DNA from: Nitrospirota bacterium
GTDB lineage: Bacteria; Nitrospirota; UBA9217
Length of the DNA stretch: 64,000 bases
Direction: 5' to 3'
Assembly (NCBI GenBank): GCA_963845065.1
Contig: CAWJQQ010000006.1
Coordinates: forward strand, 96,001 to 160,000
Numbering within the stretch: position 1 is the stretch's first letter; each line of letters starts with the position of its first letter. Below, piece by piece: positions 44,730 through 55,133 of this stretch. Below the pieces are notes generated by a model. It did not search any database and was not told the origin of the DNA. It saw only the letters and a list, made by a program, of their open reading frames with translations. The position numbers and the translations under genes are program-made.

Positions 44730-45206
44730 ATGAACCGCATTCTGTTCTGTTTCGCCGTCATCATCCTACTCATCATTGCATCTGCCTGTAGCGCTAAAAA
44801 ACCGATCCAGCAAACTGCATACAAAAGTAAAACAATCCTCGCCGTCCTAAGGGATATGGACAAGTACTATGAAAAGAAAGACCTCGACTCGTTCATGTCT
44901 GACATATCCACGTCATACCTTGACCGGGATGCTTTCGCGAAATCCCTAGCCGCTGTATTCTCGAAGTATGATTCTATCCATTTCAATATTCAGTTCGCCA
45001 AGATGATCATACTGATTGACCAGGAAAGAAAGATGAGGGTGTCTTTTACGTGGGACGCAGAATGGACAGTGGCAGGCGGCACGAATGTGAAGGACGGCGG
45101 GAGGATAACGTTGATTTTTGAGCCGGGCGACTTTAAACTCATTTCGATTGATGGCAAAAACCCCTTCCTGGCTCATCCGGGAGAAACGCCAGGCAGCAAG
45201 CAATAG
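44730..45206 (+). CDS. hypothetical lipoprotein (possibly NTF2-like)
   Basis: GGAGG SD, lipobox ASAC. Confidence 0.7.
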   Translation: MNRILFCFAVIILLIIASACSAKKPIQQTAYKSKTILAVLRDMDKYYEKKDLDSFMSDISTSYLDRDAFAKSLAAVFSKYDSIHFNIQFAKMIILIDQERKMRVSFTWDAEWTVAGGTNVKDGGRITLIFEPGDFKLISIDGKNPFLAHPGETPGSKQ

Positions 45207-45280
45207 TTAATCGTAAAAAATGCCGAATTCTCAATCTGGGGTTCATTCGAATGTAAGAACTGAGACTTGAAACGGAAATC

Positions 45281-46855
45281 ATGGACTTTACTCAGGAACA
45301 CATAGAGACTGATTATCTCATCATCGGAGGTGGCGTAGCAGGTCTCCGGGCTGCGGTTGAACTTGCGCGGAGTGGTGATGTCCTCGTGGTGACCAAGGAC
45401 GCTCCCTCTGAAAGCAGCAGCGAATACGCACAAGGAGGTGTTGCCGTAGCTCTTTCCGATGAGGATGAGATCTCGATCCACCTCGAGGACACACTGCGCG
45501 CGGGAGACGGACTGTGCCTGCGCAAAGCCGTCGGAACTCTCGTCGAGGAGGGCCCAACTCGCATCCGTGAACTCATCCTGTGGGGTGCCGAATTCGATAA
45601 GGAGGGCACTAAGCTCTCTTTTACGCAGGAAGCCGCTCATTCGAAACGAAGGATCCTTCACGCTCAAGGCGACTCTACAGGCCACGAGATCATGAGGGTG
45701 CTCCTCGACAAGGTCCGCTCCTCGGCCAAGGTGTCCAAGATTGATTTTGCTTTTACTCGCGACCTGATCGTTCATAACGGAAAGTGTATCGGCGCAATCG
45801 TATGCCAGCAAGCCCTCAAAAAAGTATTGCTCATCTCGGCTCGCGCTGTACTGCTTGCTACTGGCGGAGCAGGCCAACTCTTTGAGAGAACGACGAACCC
45901 GGCTGTCGCTACAGGCGACGGCATGGCCATGGCTTATCGGGCAGGCGCTGCACTGGTTGACATGGAATTCATCCAATTCCACCCCACTGCTCTCTTCCGC
46001 GCAGGAGCTCCGCAGTTCCTGCTTTCCGAAGCCATGAGGGGCGAAGGTGGTATGCTGAGAAACGTCGATGGATACCGATTCATGGACGACTACCACCCGG
46101 CGAGGGAGCTTGCGCCGCGTGATATCGTTACCCGCGCAATCCATGCAGAGATGACTGCGACGAAAACGAACCACGTCTTCCTCGACATGACACACCTAAA
46201 CGCTGAATACATCGTCAAGCGGTTCCCTCGCATTTACCGAACCTGCAAGGACCTCGACATCGACATATGCAGGGAGCCTATCCCGGTCTCGCCGGCAGCG
46301 CATTACATCATGGGCGGTGTGAAGACTAACCTCTGGGGCGCTACAAACATTCCAGGACTGTTTGCGGCCGGTGAATCCGCCTGCACGGGAGTGCACGGAG
46401 CGAACCGCCTTGCAAGCAATTCACTGCTCGAGGGCTTGGTGTTTGGCGAACGCGCAGGACTGGCAGCAGCACGATACGCGCATAGACATGCGGCGGGAAA
46501 TACCAGCATCCCCCGCTTCTCGGCTTACGCTTTACGCCATAGGCAGCCTGCATCGGTCTCTTCACCTGAGACCAACGGGGTCCGGGTCAGGCTGAAAAAG
46601 CTGATGTGGGAGAAGGTGGGGATTGTGCGAAACAGAAAAGACCTAAGCAGTGCGCTTGCACAGCTCCGCGAATGGGACAGAATGATGAAACATCATGCTC
46701 CTGAACGTAATATTTTCGAACTCAAGAACATGATAACAACCTCGATTCTTATTACCCGTTCGGCTCTCCTGCGAGAGGGAAGCGTAGGCGCGCATTACCG
46801 AAGCGATTTCCCGTCAAAAGGCAGGAACTGGAGAAAAAGAACAGTGATGACGTAA
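45281..46855 (+). CDS. nadB: L-aspartate oxidase
   Basis: GGGVAG FAD motif, AQGG, EAAHS, QFHPT, SEAMRGEG, HGANRLASNSLLE. Confidence 0.96.
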   Translation: MDFTQEHIETDYLIIGGGVAGLRAAVELARSGDVLVVTKDAPSESSSEYAQGGVAVALSDEDEISIHLEDTLRAGDGLCLRKAVGTLVEEGPTRIRELILWGAEFDKEGTKLSFTQEAAHSKRRILHAQGDSTGHEIMRVLLDKVRSSAKVSKIDFAFTRDLIVHNGKCIGAIVCQQALKKVLLISARAVLLATGGAGQLFERTTNPAVATGDGMAMAYRAGAALVDMEFIQFHPTALFRAGAPQFLLSEAMRGEGGMLRNVDGYRFMDDYHPARELAPRDIVTRAIHAEMTATKTNHVFLDMTHLNAEYIVKRFPRIYRTCKDLDIDICREPIPVSPAAHYIMGGVKTNLWGATNIPGLFAAGESACTGVHGANRLASNSLLEGLVFGERAGLAAARYAHRHAAGNTSIPRFSAYALRHRQPASVSSPETNGVRVRLKKLMWEKVGIVRNRKDLSSALAQLREWDRMMKHHAPERNIFELKNMITTSILITRSALLREGSVGAHYRSDFPSKGRNWRKRTVMT

Positions 46856-47025
46856 TGATTCCTTGCTTGTACGTTCTTCATCACGAGAAAAACATCTCTT
46901 CGATTCATAACGATATGCTTCACCATCATCCATCTTTACAAAAGCCGACAGTTTACGTATACTTGCAACCGTGATACACTGGACTACAAAGTACTACTTC
47001 ACAAACCTAAATAAGGAGGTATTCA

Positions 47026-47271
47026 ATGTATCAGATATGGATCGCGATTATTGGAGCACTTATCATGGCAGGAGGGCTTGGTGGTATCTATTATCTCATC
47101 ATCAAACAAAGTGCCACCTTAGGCATGAAGACCATACAGTTTCTGGCCATCGTGTTTATCCTGCCGTTGATGTTAGTTCTCGGCGTCATGAATGTCCTGG
47201 GAAGAGAGACTATCGGCACGATTCTCGGCGTTGTCGTCGGATACGTTCTTTCCGGTTTTGGAAAAGAGTAG
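47026..47271 (+). CDS. small membrane protein
   Basis: AAGGAGGT SD, three hydrophobic segments, TTTACA-N17-TATACT upstream, terminator downstream. Confidence 0.75.
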   Translation: MYQIWIAIIGALIMAGGLGGIYYLIIKQSATLGMKTIQFLAIVFILPLMLVLGVMNVLGRETIGTILGVVVGYVLSGFGKE

Positions 47272-47312
47272 TCAGCTTAAACTGCGGAGCAGCATAAAAA
47301 ATGGCAGGTAGC

Positions 47313-47337
47313 GGCAGACCATGAGGTCTGCCTTTTT
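47313..47337 (+). terminator. intrinsic terminator
   Basis: GGCAGACC-ATGA-GGTCTGCC-T5. Confidence 0.8.
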
Positions 47338-47397
47338 ATTCCTTTTCCTTCGCGAACTTTATCAGGATCTCCTCTGCTTTCTCAGCAGCAAATCACT

Positions 47398-48666
47398 TCA
47401 GCTCTTCACTAATTTCTCAGTTGCAAGAAACGGAATAGTCAGCATCCCCGGTACTGTCATGCAACAGACGATCATGAAAAACATTTTGTACCCAACGGCC
47501 TGCTGGAGCCAACCGCTCGCAAAACCCGGTAGCATCATGCCGAGTGCCATGATACCGGTCGAAATTGCATAGTGAGAAGTTTTGTATCTTCCGCTCGCCG
47601 AGTACATCAGGTACACTGTAAACACCGTAAATCCCAGTCCGTAGCCGAACTGCTCCAAAGCCACGAGCGGATAGACAAGCCCGATGCCCGGCTGCGCGGA
47701 CGCCATATAGACGAAAAACAGATCCGGCAGATGCATGACAATAACCATGGGCCAGACGCACCGCTTGAACCCGAAGCGGGAGATAAGCCACCCCCCAAGG
47801 ATTCCACCGCTTACAAGGCAGACGACACCTACCGTCCCATAAACAAGTCCCACCTCTTTCGTCGTAAGACCGAGCCCTCCAGCGCCTGGTTGGTCAAGCA
47901 GAAAAGGGGAAACCAGTTTCAAGAGCATGGCTTCTCCTAAACGGTAGAGCAGGATGAACGAAAGCATAACGCCGATTTTGGCCTGACTGAAATATGACCG
48001 TATTACCTCGGCAAATGACGCCTCGTTATTCTTCTCGCGCCTTGACCGGCAGCTATCATTCACTGGAAAAGGAAGGAAAATCTTGTGATATAATGCTGCG
48101 CTTGCGAAGATCAACCCGGAGGCCACCATGACCGTGGACCAGCTCAAGCCAATATCGTTGCTCGATGTTTCGAGCATTCCGGCAACGTAGACCAAAAATC
48201 CGCTGCCGAATATCATGGCCAGGCGATAGAAGCCCGCTCGCAAGCCCACAAAGAGGGCCTGCTCCTTCTCCATGAGTGCGAGCATATAAAAGCCATCCGT
48301 CGCGATGTCGTAGGTTGCGGATATGAACGCACCCGCAAAGAAAGCCGCCAATGACAGTGAGAAGAATGATTCTGTCCTCAGCGAGAAGGCGACCAGGAAC
48401 ATGCACAGGCTCATCGCCGCTTGAGTCCAGAGGATCCAGTTCCGCTTGGTTGAATACACGTCCACGAAGGGTCCCCAGAACATCTTGATGACCCAAGGCA
48501 GATAGAGCCAACTCGTCCAGAACGCAATATGCGCGTTGTCAATGCCCAACCGCTTGTACAAAATGACCGAGACGATGTTGATGAGTACATAGGGAAGACC
48601 TTCGGAAAAATAGAGCGTAGGAAGAAAATACCAGGGATTGCGGGAAGCAATGCGATCGGGTTTCAT
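47398..48666 (-). CDS. ampG: AmpG-family muropeptide MFS permease
   Basis: LYFSEGLP, LPWVIKMFWGPFVD, SATYDIATDG. Confidence 0.88.
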   Translation of the reverse strand: MKPDRIASRNPWYFLPTLYFSEGLPYVLINIVSVILYKRLGIDNAHIAFWTSWLYLPWVIKMFWGPFVDVYSTKRNWILWTQAAMSLCMFLVAFSLRTESFFSLSLAAFFAGAFISATYDIATDGFYMLALMEKEQALFVGLRAGFYRLAMIFGSGFLVYVAGMLETSSNDIGLSWSTVMVASGLIFASAALYHKIFLPFPVNDSCRSRREKNNEASFAEVIRSYFSQAKIGVMLSFILLYRLGEAMLLKLVSPFLLDQPGAGGLGLTTKEVGLVYGTVGVVCLVSGGILGGWLISRFGFKRCVWPMVIVMHLPDLFFVYMASAQPGIGLVYPLVALEQFGYGLGFTVFTVYLMYSASGRYKTSHYAISTGIMALGMMLPGFASGWLQQAVGYKMFFMIVCCMTVPGMLTIPFLATEKLVKS

Positions 48667-48912
48667 GCACGTAAGCTATCAGATTGTATGCCAAACTTCC
48701 AGAGAAAAAATCATGGCAGTACCTTGGAGTTAATCGCCGAAGCCGTGACCTGCGCGTTTTCATGTAGTACTAATACGACCAGCTCCTTAGGGCATGGTAG
48801 TTTACCTTAAAATCGCGTATCCTCCTGAAGGTTCTTGATTTTTTTTATTTTTACTTTGACTTTCACCCTGCATTCATGTATTTTTTAATATAATTTTCAC
48901 GAGGTGCAAAAT

Positions 48913-50739
48913 ATGAAAACACGTGGATGCGTCCAAATCCTAGCCTTATCATTCCTTTTTTTCTTGTTCATCGCGCCAAAAGCGAGCATGGCTGACGAAA
49001 TTGATCTTATTGTACCCACGAACTTTTCAAGCATTCAGTCAGCAATCAATTATGCCAGTGCTCTGATAAATTCGCCGACTCCCACGACAAATACTTTCAA
49101 GATTCTGGTCGAACCTGGAACTTACACAGAAGCGATTACGTTAGCATCGAACATCCCTGTGCGAGGCACAGAAACTGCAAAAACTTTTTTAAGCGGCGGT
49201 GGGAGCGGACCAGTTATTTCGGCTTCTGGGGTATCTAGCGCCTATGTAAAGAATTTTACGATTAGAGACGCTTCCCTGGGCGTCCTCATTTCAAATAACT
49301 CGTCCGTCGTTATTGAGAATAATGTCTTTGAAGTCGGAACCAGCGGTACAGCTGTACAAATACAAGGCTCCCCCTCGGCGCAGGTCGTCAATAACACGTT
49401 CTTCAATAACGGGACTGCCATCGTCCGTGATGCGGATTCTGAAATAATCAACAGTAACATATTCTTTAATAATGCAACAGACATAAACCAAGGGGCGCTC
49501 GCGATTACTGACATAAACAACATCATCTACAACGCTTTTTTCCCGATCTCGGCTGGCCCAAAGGGGACTAACTACATTCCCAACACGATAATCACCTTGA
49601 CTGACCCGCTCTTCGTTGACGTTACTAATGGAGATTTTCACCTTATGGCGGGCTCACCGTGCATTGCCAACGGCGATCCAACGATCACTAACGTCATTGA
49701 TGGCACCCAGTGTGACATAGGAGCCTATGGCGGAGGGGGGTCGGTCCAGGACATGGACACCATCCCCTTTCTGATATCCGGCGTCACTGCTGCCCTGTCG
49801 TCGCCCACGTCGGTCACTTTGAACTGGAATCCGAACACTTGCTACCTCATTGGCGGTTATAATGTCTATTACGGGAGCTCCTCCGGTAATTACACCGGAA
49901 CCCAAGCAAATGAAGGTTCCTCGCCAATTACTGTGCCAACGGGCACCTCTGCCACGACCTTTACCTTGACCGGCCTCAATTTCACCCCTACTACTCCCCC
50001 AACTCCCACAATTAATCCGACTTCACCATTGAATGAAGCCCTTGCGCTCAGTTGGAGTGCCGTGTCTGGAGCTACAGGCTATAAAGTGTACTGGGGTCCG
50101 GTTTCTCCGCCTACCACGGTTATTGATGTCGGCAATGTAACGTCCTATACGCTATCGGGACTCACAAACGGCCAAACCTATTATGTAGCTGTTTCTGCTT
50201 ATTCACAGGCAACCTTATATATGGCAGTCACAGCATTTTACACCGGTGCCGGTCCCGATGAGCCGGGAGTACAGTACGAGAGTGATTACTCCCAGGAAGT
50301 AACCGAGGGAGCTGGCAGTGTACAGGAAAGCCCTCTATCAACTGTTGAGTCTGATTTTCCAGAGCCTCTCGTCGCTTACCCAAACCTGCCGAACTCGCAT
50401 GAAGGATGCTTCATTGCCACAGCTGCTTACGGTTACTACTCGGCGCCCCAAGTGCAGGCATTGCGAGAATTCCGAAACCGCTATCTCCTCACGAATAAGG
50501 CGGGAAATGCATTCGTTGAATGGTATTACCGCGTCAGTCCCGCAGCAGCTGATTTCTTGAATTCCCATCCAGGGTACAAACCTGTAGTCAGGGCTGCGCT
50601 TTTGCCCGCTGTCGCAGTTTCACTTTTTTTGACAAAGACTTCGTTCGCAACGAAAATCGGGGCATTGTTGATAGCAGGATTTTTTATTATGTTCCTATTT
50701 TCCAAGAAACGGCTTTCAGGTTCTGGAGGCTCGCATTGA
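48913..50739 (+). CDS. secreted beta-helix + fibronectin III protein with CFI-box C-terminal domain
   Basis: Signal peptide; IQSAIN/PGTY and NN-rich beta-helix; FN3 motifs (LSWSAVSGATGYKVYW, GLTNGQTYYVAVSA); GCFIATAAYG...LREFRNRYL...YY plus TM. Confidence 0.85.
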   Translation: MKTRGCVQILALSFLFFLFIAPKASMADEIDLIVPTNFSSIQSAINYASALINSPTPTTNTFKILVEPGTYTEAITLASNIPVRGTETAKTFLSGGGSGPVISASGVSSAYVKNFTIRDASLGVLISNNSSVVIENNVFEVGTSGTAVQIQGSPSAQVVNNTFFNNGTAIVRDADSEIINSNIFFNNATDINQGALAITDINNIIYNAFFPISAGPKGTNYIPNTIITLTDPLFVDVTNGDFHLMAGSPCIANGDPTITNVIDGTQCDIGAYGGGGSVQDMDTIPFLISGVTAALSSPTSVTLNWNPNTCYLIGGYNVYYGSSSGNYTGTQANEGSSPITVPTGTSATTFTLTGLNFTPTTPPTPTINPTSPLNEALALSWSAVSGATGYKVYWGPVSPPTTVIDVGNVTSYTLSGLTNGQTYYVAVSAYSQATLYMAVTAFYTGAGPDEPGVQYESDYSQEVTEGAGSVQESPLSTVESDFPEPLVAYPNLPNSHEGCFIATAAYGYYSAPQVQALREFRNRYLLTNKAGNAFVEWYYRVSPAAADFLNSHPGYKPVVRAALLPAVAVSLFLTKTSFATKIGALLIAGFFIMFLFSKKRLSGSGGSH

Positions 50740-51374
50740 AAAAATTTCTCTTGTTCTTCATACTCGCTTTCCTGCCCATTACTGCCTATGCTGCTGATCA
50801 AGGCCAGGACCAGCCTCAGTGGTCTTTCGAACTGAAAGGTGGTTATTTTACCCCATCGTTAGCAAACTGGAAAGAGTTTTATGGCAAGCGAAGTATGCCT
50901 GAATACGGCTTTTCACTGGCATATAAGCTCCAAAGACAAATCGAAGTTGGGGTTGAAACCGGCATTATATACGGTAGTGGTCTAGCCTCTGCGCCACTCC
51001 ACGGTATTGCGGCGGGAAAGGTTGATTATGATTTATATCCGGTCAATGCCTTTATCCTGTTTCGCGGAGTCGTGAACGAGAATCAGTGGGTGGTTCCCTA
51101 TGTGGGCGGAGGCTTTACTCGAATGTATTATCAGGAAAAAATAGAAGATCAAAGCACAGCGCGCGGCTCGGCGGACGGCTACCACTACCGGGGCGGGCTG
51201 CAGTTCCTACTCGATGCCATTGACCCTGACTCAGCGAAAGACTTTTACCTCGAAGAGGGCGTCTATCATACGTACCTCTTTATTGAGGCAGAAAGGACCA
51301 GCGCTATAGTAAAGTCCGCTTCGGTCAATCTCGGCGGAACGGCCTATCAAATGGGCCTCTTGTTCGAGTTTTAA
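50736..51374 (+). CDS. outer-membrane beta-barrel protein (MXAN_2562-like)
   Basis: TTG start after GGAGG overlapping the upstream stop; signal peptide; VVPYVGGG; LDAIDP; terminal Phe. Confidence 0.75.
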   Translation: MKKFLLFFILAFLPITAYAADQGQDQPQWSFELKGGYFTPSLANWKEFYGKRSMPEYGFSLAYKLQRQIEVGVETGIIYGSGLASAPLHGIAAGKVDYDLYPVNAFILFRGVVNENQWVVPYVGGGFTRMYYQEKIEDQSTARGSADGYHYRGGLQFLLDAIDPDSAKDFYLEEGVYHTYLFIEAERTSAIVKSASVNLGGTAYQMGLLFEF

Positions 51375-51882
51375 TCGCGAATTTCAGAATTCCTGATTCA
51401 AGATAGAATTTATATAACTGCAGTATGCATTAGAGCGCGGATTGAATGCACTACCCAACCACCACGGATCCCTATGGTCCTTCCTGCCCGAATCGCGTTT
51501 CTTCTTCTATATGAACCGATGCCTTTGCAACTCCGCAAGCCCCTGGAATTATCCATAGAGATAGGAGTTGCAGCATACGGAATAGATTTGATAAAGAATT
51601 TATATTCTACAAGACAAATTAGCACATCTTGATCTTTTTAAAGCCATACCCACTTATTTAAATCTGAGCAATCAAATCAAAGCTGAGAGCAAACCGCTTA
51701 TTGGCATTAAAATTATGATACATCTGCAATAATTCTTAATCACCATTTTTTTGAGAATCAAGTCAACTTGCTTCTCCTTAATTTGGATAATAGACCGCGT
51801 TTGCTCTCCCGCCCGCGCTGGTCTTCGTAGCATTCATGTGTGTAGTCAGCCCCGCTCCCGGGACCAAGCGATTACGGCTCCT

Positions 51883-52053
51883 TTACCAGCAAAAAACCTT
51901 ATCAGAGGAGAATACATCGGCAACGAGTTTGTCGTAGGACACTCCTCCCTTGAACAGCTCAATCGTTTTTACATCGTTACCTATTGCCTGGACCTCGATG
52001 ATTTTCTTCGTACTTGCATCCGGCGCTTTTTTCAATATATGCACTATTGTCAC
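51883..52053 (-). CDS. small DsrH/TusB-like protein
   Basis: GTG start after AGGAG; IVHIL...YDKLVADVFSSDKVFCW, resembling the DsrH/TusB C-terminus. Confidence 0.6.
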   Translation of the reverse strand: MTIVHILKKAPDASTKKIIEVQAIGNDVKTIELFKGGVSYDKLVADVFSSDKVFCW

Positions 52054-52075
52054 GCGACCATCTCCTCTCTTACAT

Positions 52076-52354
52076 TTAGTAAGGCACCACAACATCATAT
52101 TCTAAAAGCTTCTTCGCCATTTCTTCCAGCGTGATCGTTGTATAGCCGTTTTCCGGATTATTGGAATACATCTTGAGATCTAGTTCGGTAGCCAATTCGA
52201 GAGGCGTCGCGATCTCGGGATTATTCTTGTCCAGTTTGTTATCAAGGACAAACACATCGATGATGTCATCCGCAAGGGTGAGCCCGCCCGCAACGCGGAG
52301 CGCTTCGCCCTGCCGGTTCCTGACGATAACAGCTATTTTTTTTGTGTCTCCCAT
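52076..52354 (-). CDS. DsrF/TusC-like protein (no Cys)
   Basis: KKIAVIV, EALRVAGGL, EEMAKKLLEYDVVVPY. Confidence 0.65.
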   Translation of the reverse strand: MGDTKKIAVIVRNRQGEALRVAGGLTLADDIIDVFVLDNKLDKNNPEIATPLELATELDLKMYSNNPENGYTTITLEEMAKKLLEYDVVVPY

Positions 52355-52381
52355 TGACAATACTCCCTTATTATAAAGTTG

Positions 52382-52687
52382 TTAGAAAACCAGTACACGT
52401 GCGCAGTCATGTAGCATCCCTGCGTTGTTATACTGGCTGCCGTACGAAATGCCCTGAGTTTTTTCGTGCATGCCAAGCCTTTCGCAGCTGTGGTCGCAGC
52501 ATGAAATCTCTACATTGGCTACCTTCAGCAGGTCGAGAAACTTGGGTTCTGTAGTGAAGCGCACCCCATCATCGGTCAAGAAGATCGTTACAGATTTGTC
52601 TGCCGCACGGGCTGCCTTAACTACGCCCGCGATATGTTCAAGGTTCTCGAACTTCGTTATCATTATGCCCAGTATTTCGTTTGCCAT
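52382..52687 (-). CDS. DsrE/TusD-like sulfur carrier
   Basis: VTIFLTDDGV, CCDHSC, GSQY, RVLVF; GGAGGTG SD. Confidence 0.8.
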   Translation of the reverse strand: MANEILGIMITKFENLEHIAGVVKAARAADKSVTIFLTDDGVRFTTEPKFLDLLKVANVEISCCDHSCERLGMHEKTQGISYGSQYNNAGMLHDCARVLVF

Positions 52688-52814
52688 GTGTTTCACCTCC
52701 ATTCCACCCATGATAATCGCTGTGGATCTCGTGTTAGACACTTTCTTAATAAGATTTTTTAACGGTATTAACTCAGCCGAGAGCTCAAAGCTGTTTCAAC
52801 CCCTTTCCGACGTA

Positions 52815-53461
52815 ATCGGATAGCAGGCGGGTTCGCCCCTACCGCCCTCCTACACCACAGAACGTACGGTTCCGTATATGACGGTTCCTTTCCTTTTGCT
52901 CTTTCAGCAGCCTCGTCGCCTCCTGTCCAGTAAACACCCAGTCTTACCTCGCGGATTCCGTGCACTGCTTCCAGATCAGGCCCCATTACGAGGCTTGAAC
53001 TCAAAACAGACAGCGATCCGGTCTCAAGCTGCCCAACAGGTTCGGCCCTTGGTCTCATGGGTGGCGAAACTAATACGACCTCTGCTAATTTCTGCCGCCT
53101 CATAACGAAATCTTGCGACTTCATTAACTCTAGACAAATCGGCATACCTCTCAGCGTAAGACGCACGACCTTTATCCCATACACCCGCCGCATCTACTTC
53201 CACACCTTCCGGATAGTTATCGGGCTTTGAGTCTTTTCGCCCTCTCGCCCAAGTGTGGCGCCCTCTTATGCGGTTTCTGTTCATCACGCCCGGACTTTGC
53301 TTACAGCGTCCTTCAGATTCCAGATCGCACTGAACACCCCTGCTGTTCGGCTAACGGTTCCTACCATCAAGGCCCATAAAGGACTCGCACCTTCGAGTCG
53401 CTGATCAGGCACCACACCTGATCAGCCTATACAAAAGTACAGGACGTCATGTCTGGAATAC
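52815..53461 (-). mobile_element. ORF-less, decayed group IIC intron
   Basis: Short class C domain V GAACCGTCATATACGGAACCGTACGTTCTGTGGTGT, domain VI ending CTATCCGAT; 5' end GTATTCCAGACATG directly after a terminator T-run; no RT ORF. Confidence 0.88.
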
Positions 53462-53492
53462 GAAAAAAAACCGGGCAGGAACCCCTGCCCGG
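53462..53492 (-). terminator. intrinsic terminator after yeeE (intron target)
   Basis: CCGGGCAGG/CCTGCCCGG 9-bp stem plus T8. Confidence 0.9.
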
Positions 53493-53510
53493 CCCTAGTT
53501 CCCTATAGTT

Positions 53511-54614
53511 CTACACATCAAGATTCTTCATCGGTCTGATGAGCAGGAAATAGACCATAGTCCAGTTGCCCAGGATGATGAAAATATTGGCAACCCAGCT
53601 CGATACGGCAAGAGCAGACACGCCCGTCAGGCTGTGACCGATATTGCAGCCGCCTCCCATCTGCGCACCAACCCCCATGATAAAACCGCCCAAGAGCACC
53701 TTGCTGAGTTCGTCCGCAGGCGGCACCTTCAACTTAACTTCCTTCAGGAGCTTGCCGCTGATGAATGCGCCAATAGGCACTGCCACTACATACAGCGAGC
53801 TCCAGGAAAAGATCATTCCTAATATGTTTCTAGATTCGAGTGGGTTAATAGCGCTGGGATCGTTCTGATAGTTCCCGAAGAACACGGCTAGGAAGAACTC
53901 CCTGACCGGTCCGGTGAATGAGAGGCCGCGGGCCTTGCCGCCGTAATACTCCGATGCCCACCACGCTGCCACGGCAACGAGGCCGGCCAAGAACCCGGCC
54001 ATTGACCATGAATATCCCTTCCTCGCCTTGACGAAGGGCTTGCCCCTTAATATGAACACCAGGAGCGCCGCAGAAATCACGACAATTACAATCCATTTAT
54101 TGATGCCAGTAATATTATACAGGGTCGGAACCGTATCTTCACCTTTCCAAACAATACGTTCAGGTGCGATCATCCAAGAGTAAATCGGTTTTAGAAAACC
54201 AAACTTGGTCATCGCAATGCCGAAAAAGAATCCGAACACGGCGAAGACATACGCTAGGTTTCCTTCTCCTACACGGTACAGGATGCCGCTTCCGCACCCG
54301 CCGGCCAGAACGATACCCATTCCGAAAATGTATCCCCCGACGATGTTGGCCCAAGGCACGAAAGCCTGACGGTAGAGCGTACCGGTGACGAAGACGCCTT
54401 GTTCAAAATGGCCCAGCCAATGCATATCCTCAAGTAAGTTCGCGCCAATCATTGTGACGACGACGGCGAGAAGGTATGCCCGGAGCATTGTGTAGTCCTG
54501 GAAAAGCACTTCCCGGAACGCGGAGTTGACGCAAAACCGGCCGCGTTGCAAAACGAAGCCGAATGCTGCGCCGATGAGTAGACCGGTCACAGCAAATGTC
54601 AATGTAGAAACCAT
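53511..54614 (-). CDS. yeeE: YeeE/YedE (TsuA-like) sulfur-compound transporter
   Basis: QRGRFC, LAGGCGSG, GGGCNIGH: three conserved Cys; multiple TMs. Confidence 0.92.
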   Translation of the reverse strand: MVSTLTFAVTGLLIGAAFGFVLQRGRFCVNSAFREVLFQDYTMLRAYLLAVVVTMIGANLLEDMHWLGHFEQGVFVTGTLYRQAFVPWANIVGGYIFGMGIVLAGGCGSGILYRVGEGNLAYVFAVFGFFFGIAMTKFGFLKPIYSWMIAPERIVWKGEDTVPTLYNITGINKWIVIVVISAALLVFILRGKPFVKARKGYSWSMAGFLAGLVAVAAWWASEYYGGKARGLSFTGPVREFFLAVFFGNYQNDPSAINPLESRNILGMIFSWSSLYVVAVPIGAFISGKLLKEVKLKVPPADELSKVLLGGFIMGVGAQMGGGCNIGHSLTGVSALAVSSWVANIFIILGNWTMVYFLLIRPMKNLDV

Positions 54615-54686
54615 TCTTCCCCCCTTTTAGATTTACTCCCCTGCGGTCTTCTCTCTATTTATTTTGTTTGCACTCAATCCCTGGAG

Positions 54687-54935
54687 TTATGACTTCTTGA
54701 TAAAGAGCTCCCAGTAGCCTTTGTCTTCGAGTTTAACTGCTTCGAAACTGTAGCCCTGTTTCTCGGCAAAGCGCGGGATGCTGTCCTCTGCAGATGCTGG
54801 CGCATCGCACAAAACCTTTATGGTCTGTCCACTCGAAAGTTTTTCAAGTGCCTTCTTGGTCAGAAGCAGCGGATAAGGGCATACCCTGCCGAGAGTGTCT
54901 AAAGTCTGGTCCGGTGTTGCTGTCTTGATTGACAT
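54687..54935 (-). CDS. tusA: TusA/YeeD-family sulfurtransferase
   Basis: LDTLGRVCPYP (CPxP), VLCD. Confidence 0.9.
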   Translation of the reverse strand: MSIKTATPDQTLDTLGRVCPYPLLLTKKALEKLSSGQTIKVLCDAPASAEDSIPRFAEKQGYSFEAVKLEDKGYWELFIKKS

Positions 54936-55133
54936 GTTCTTCCTCCTTTAAGTTTGAGTATATATTCAGGCCACCGTGGAAAATGGCCCCTTGACTGACA
55001 CCGTGGTGAGTATTGTGATCAGTAGAAAAAAGCGAGGTCTTTCTGAATGTTTCACCTCCTTACGCGTATATATTCGTAACACAATAAAACGGAAACTCAG
55101 GGAATCACGGGACATGCTTTGTGAAAGTATAAT

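Noticed and set aside
45173..46195. 340-aa minus-strand ORF
   Set aside because: Antisense shadow of nadB
52768..53287. ORFs of 141, 75 and 87 aa
   Set aside because: They lie within intron RNA domains and show no RT or maturase motifs
51883..54935. Selenocysteine recoding in the sulfur-relay genes
   Set aside because: The catalytic positions are ordinary Cys codons; no in-frame TGA is needed
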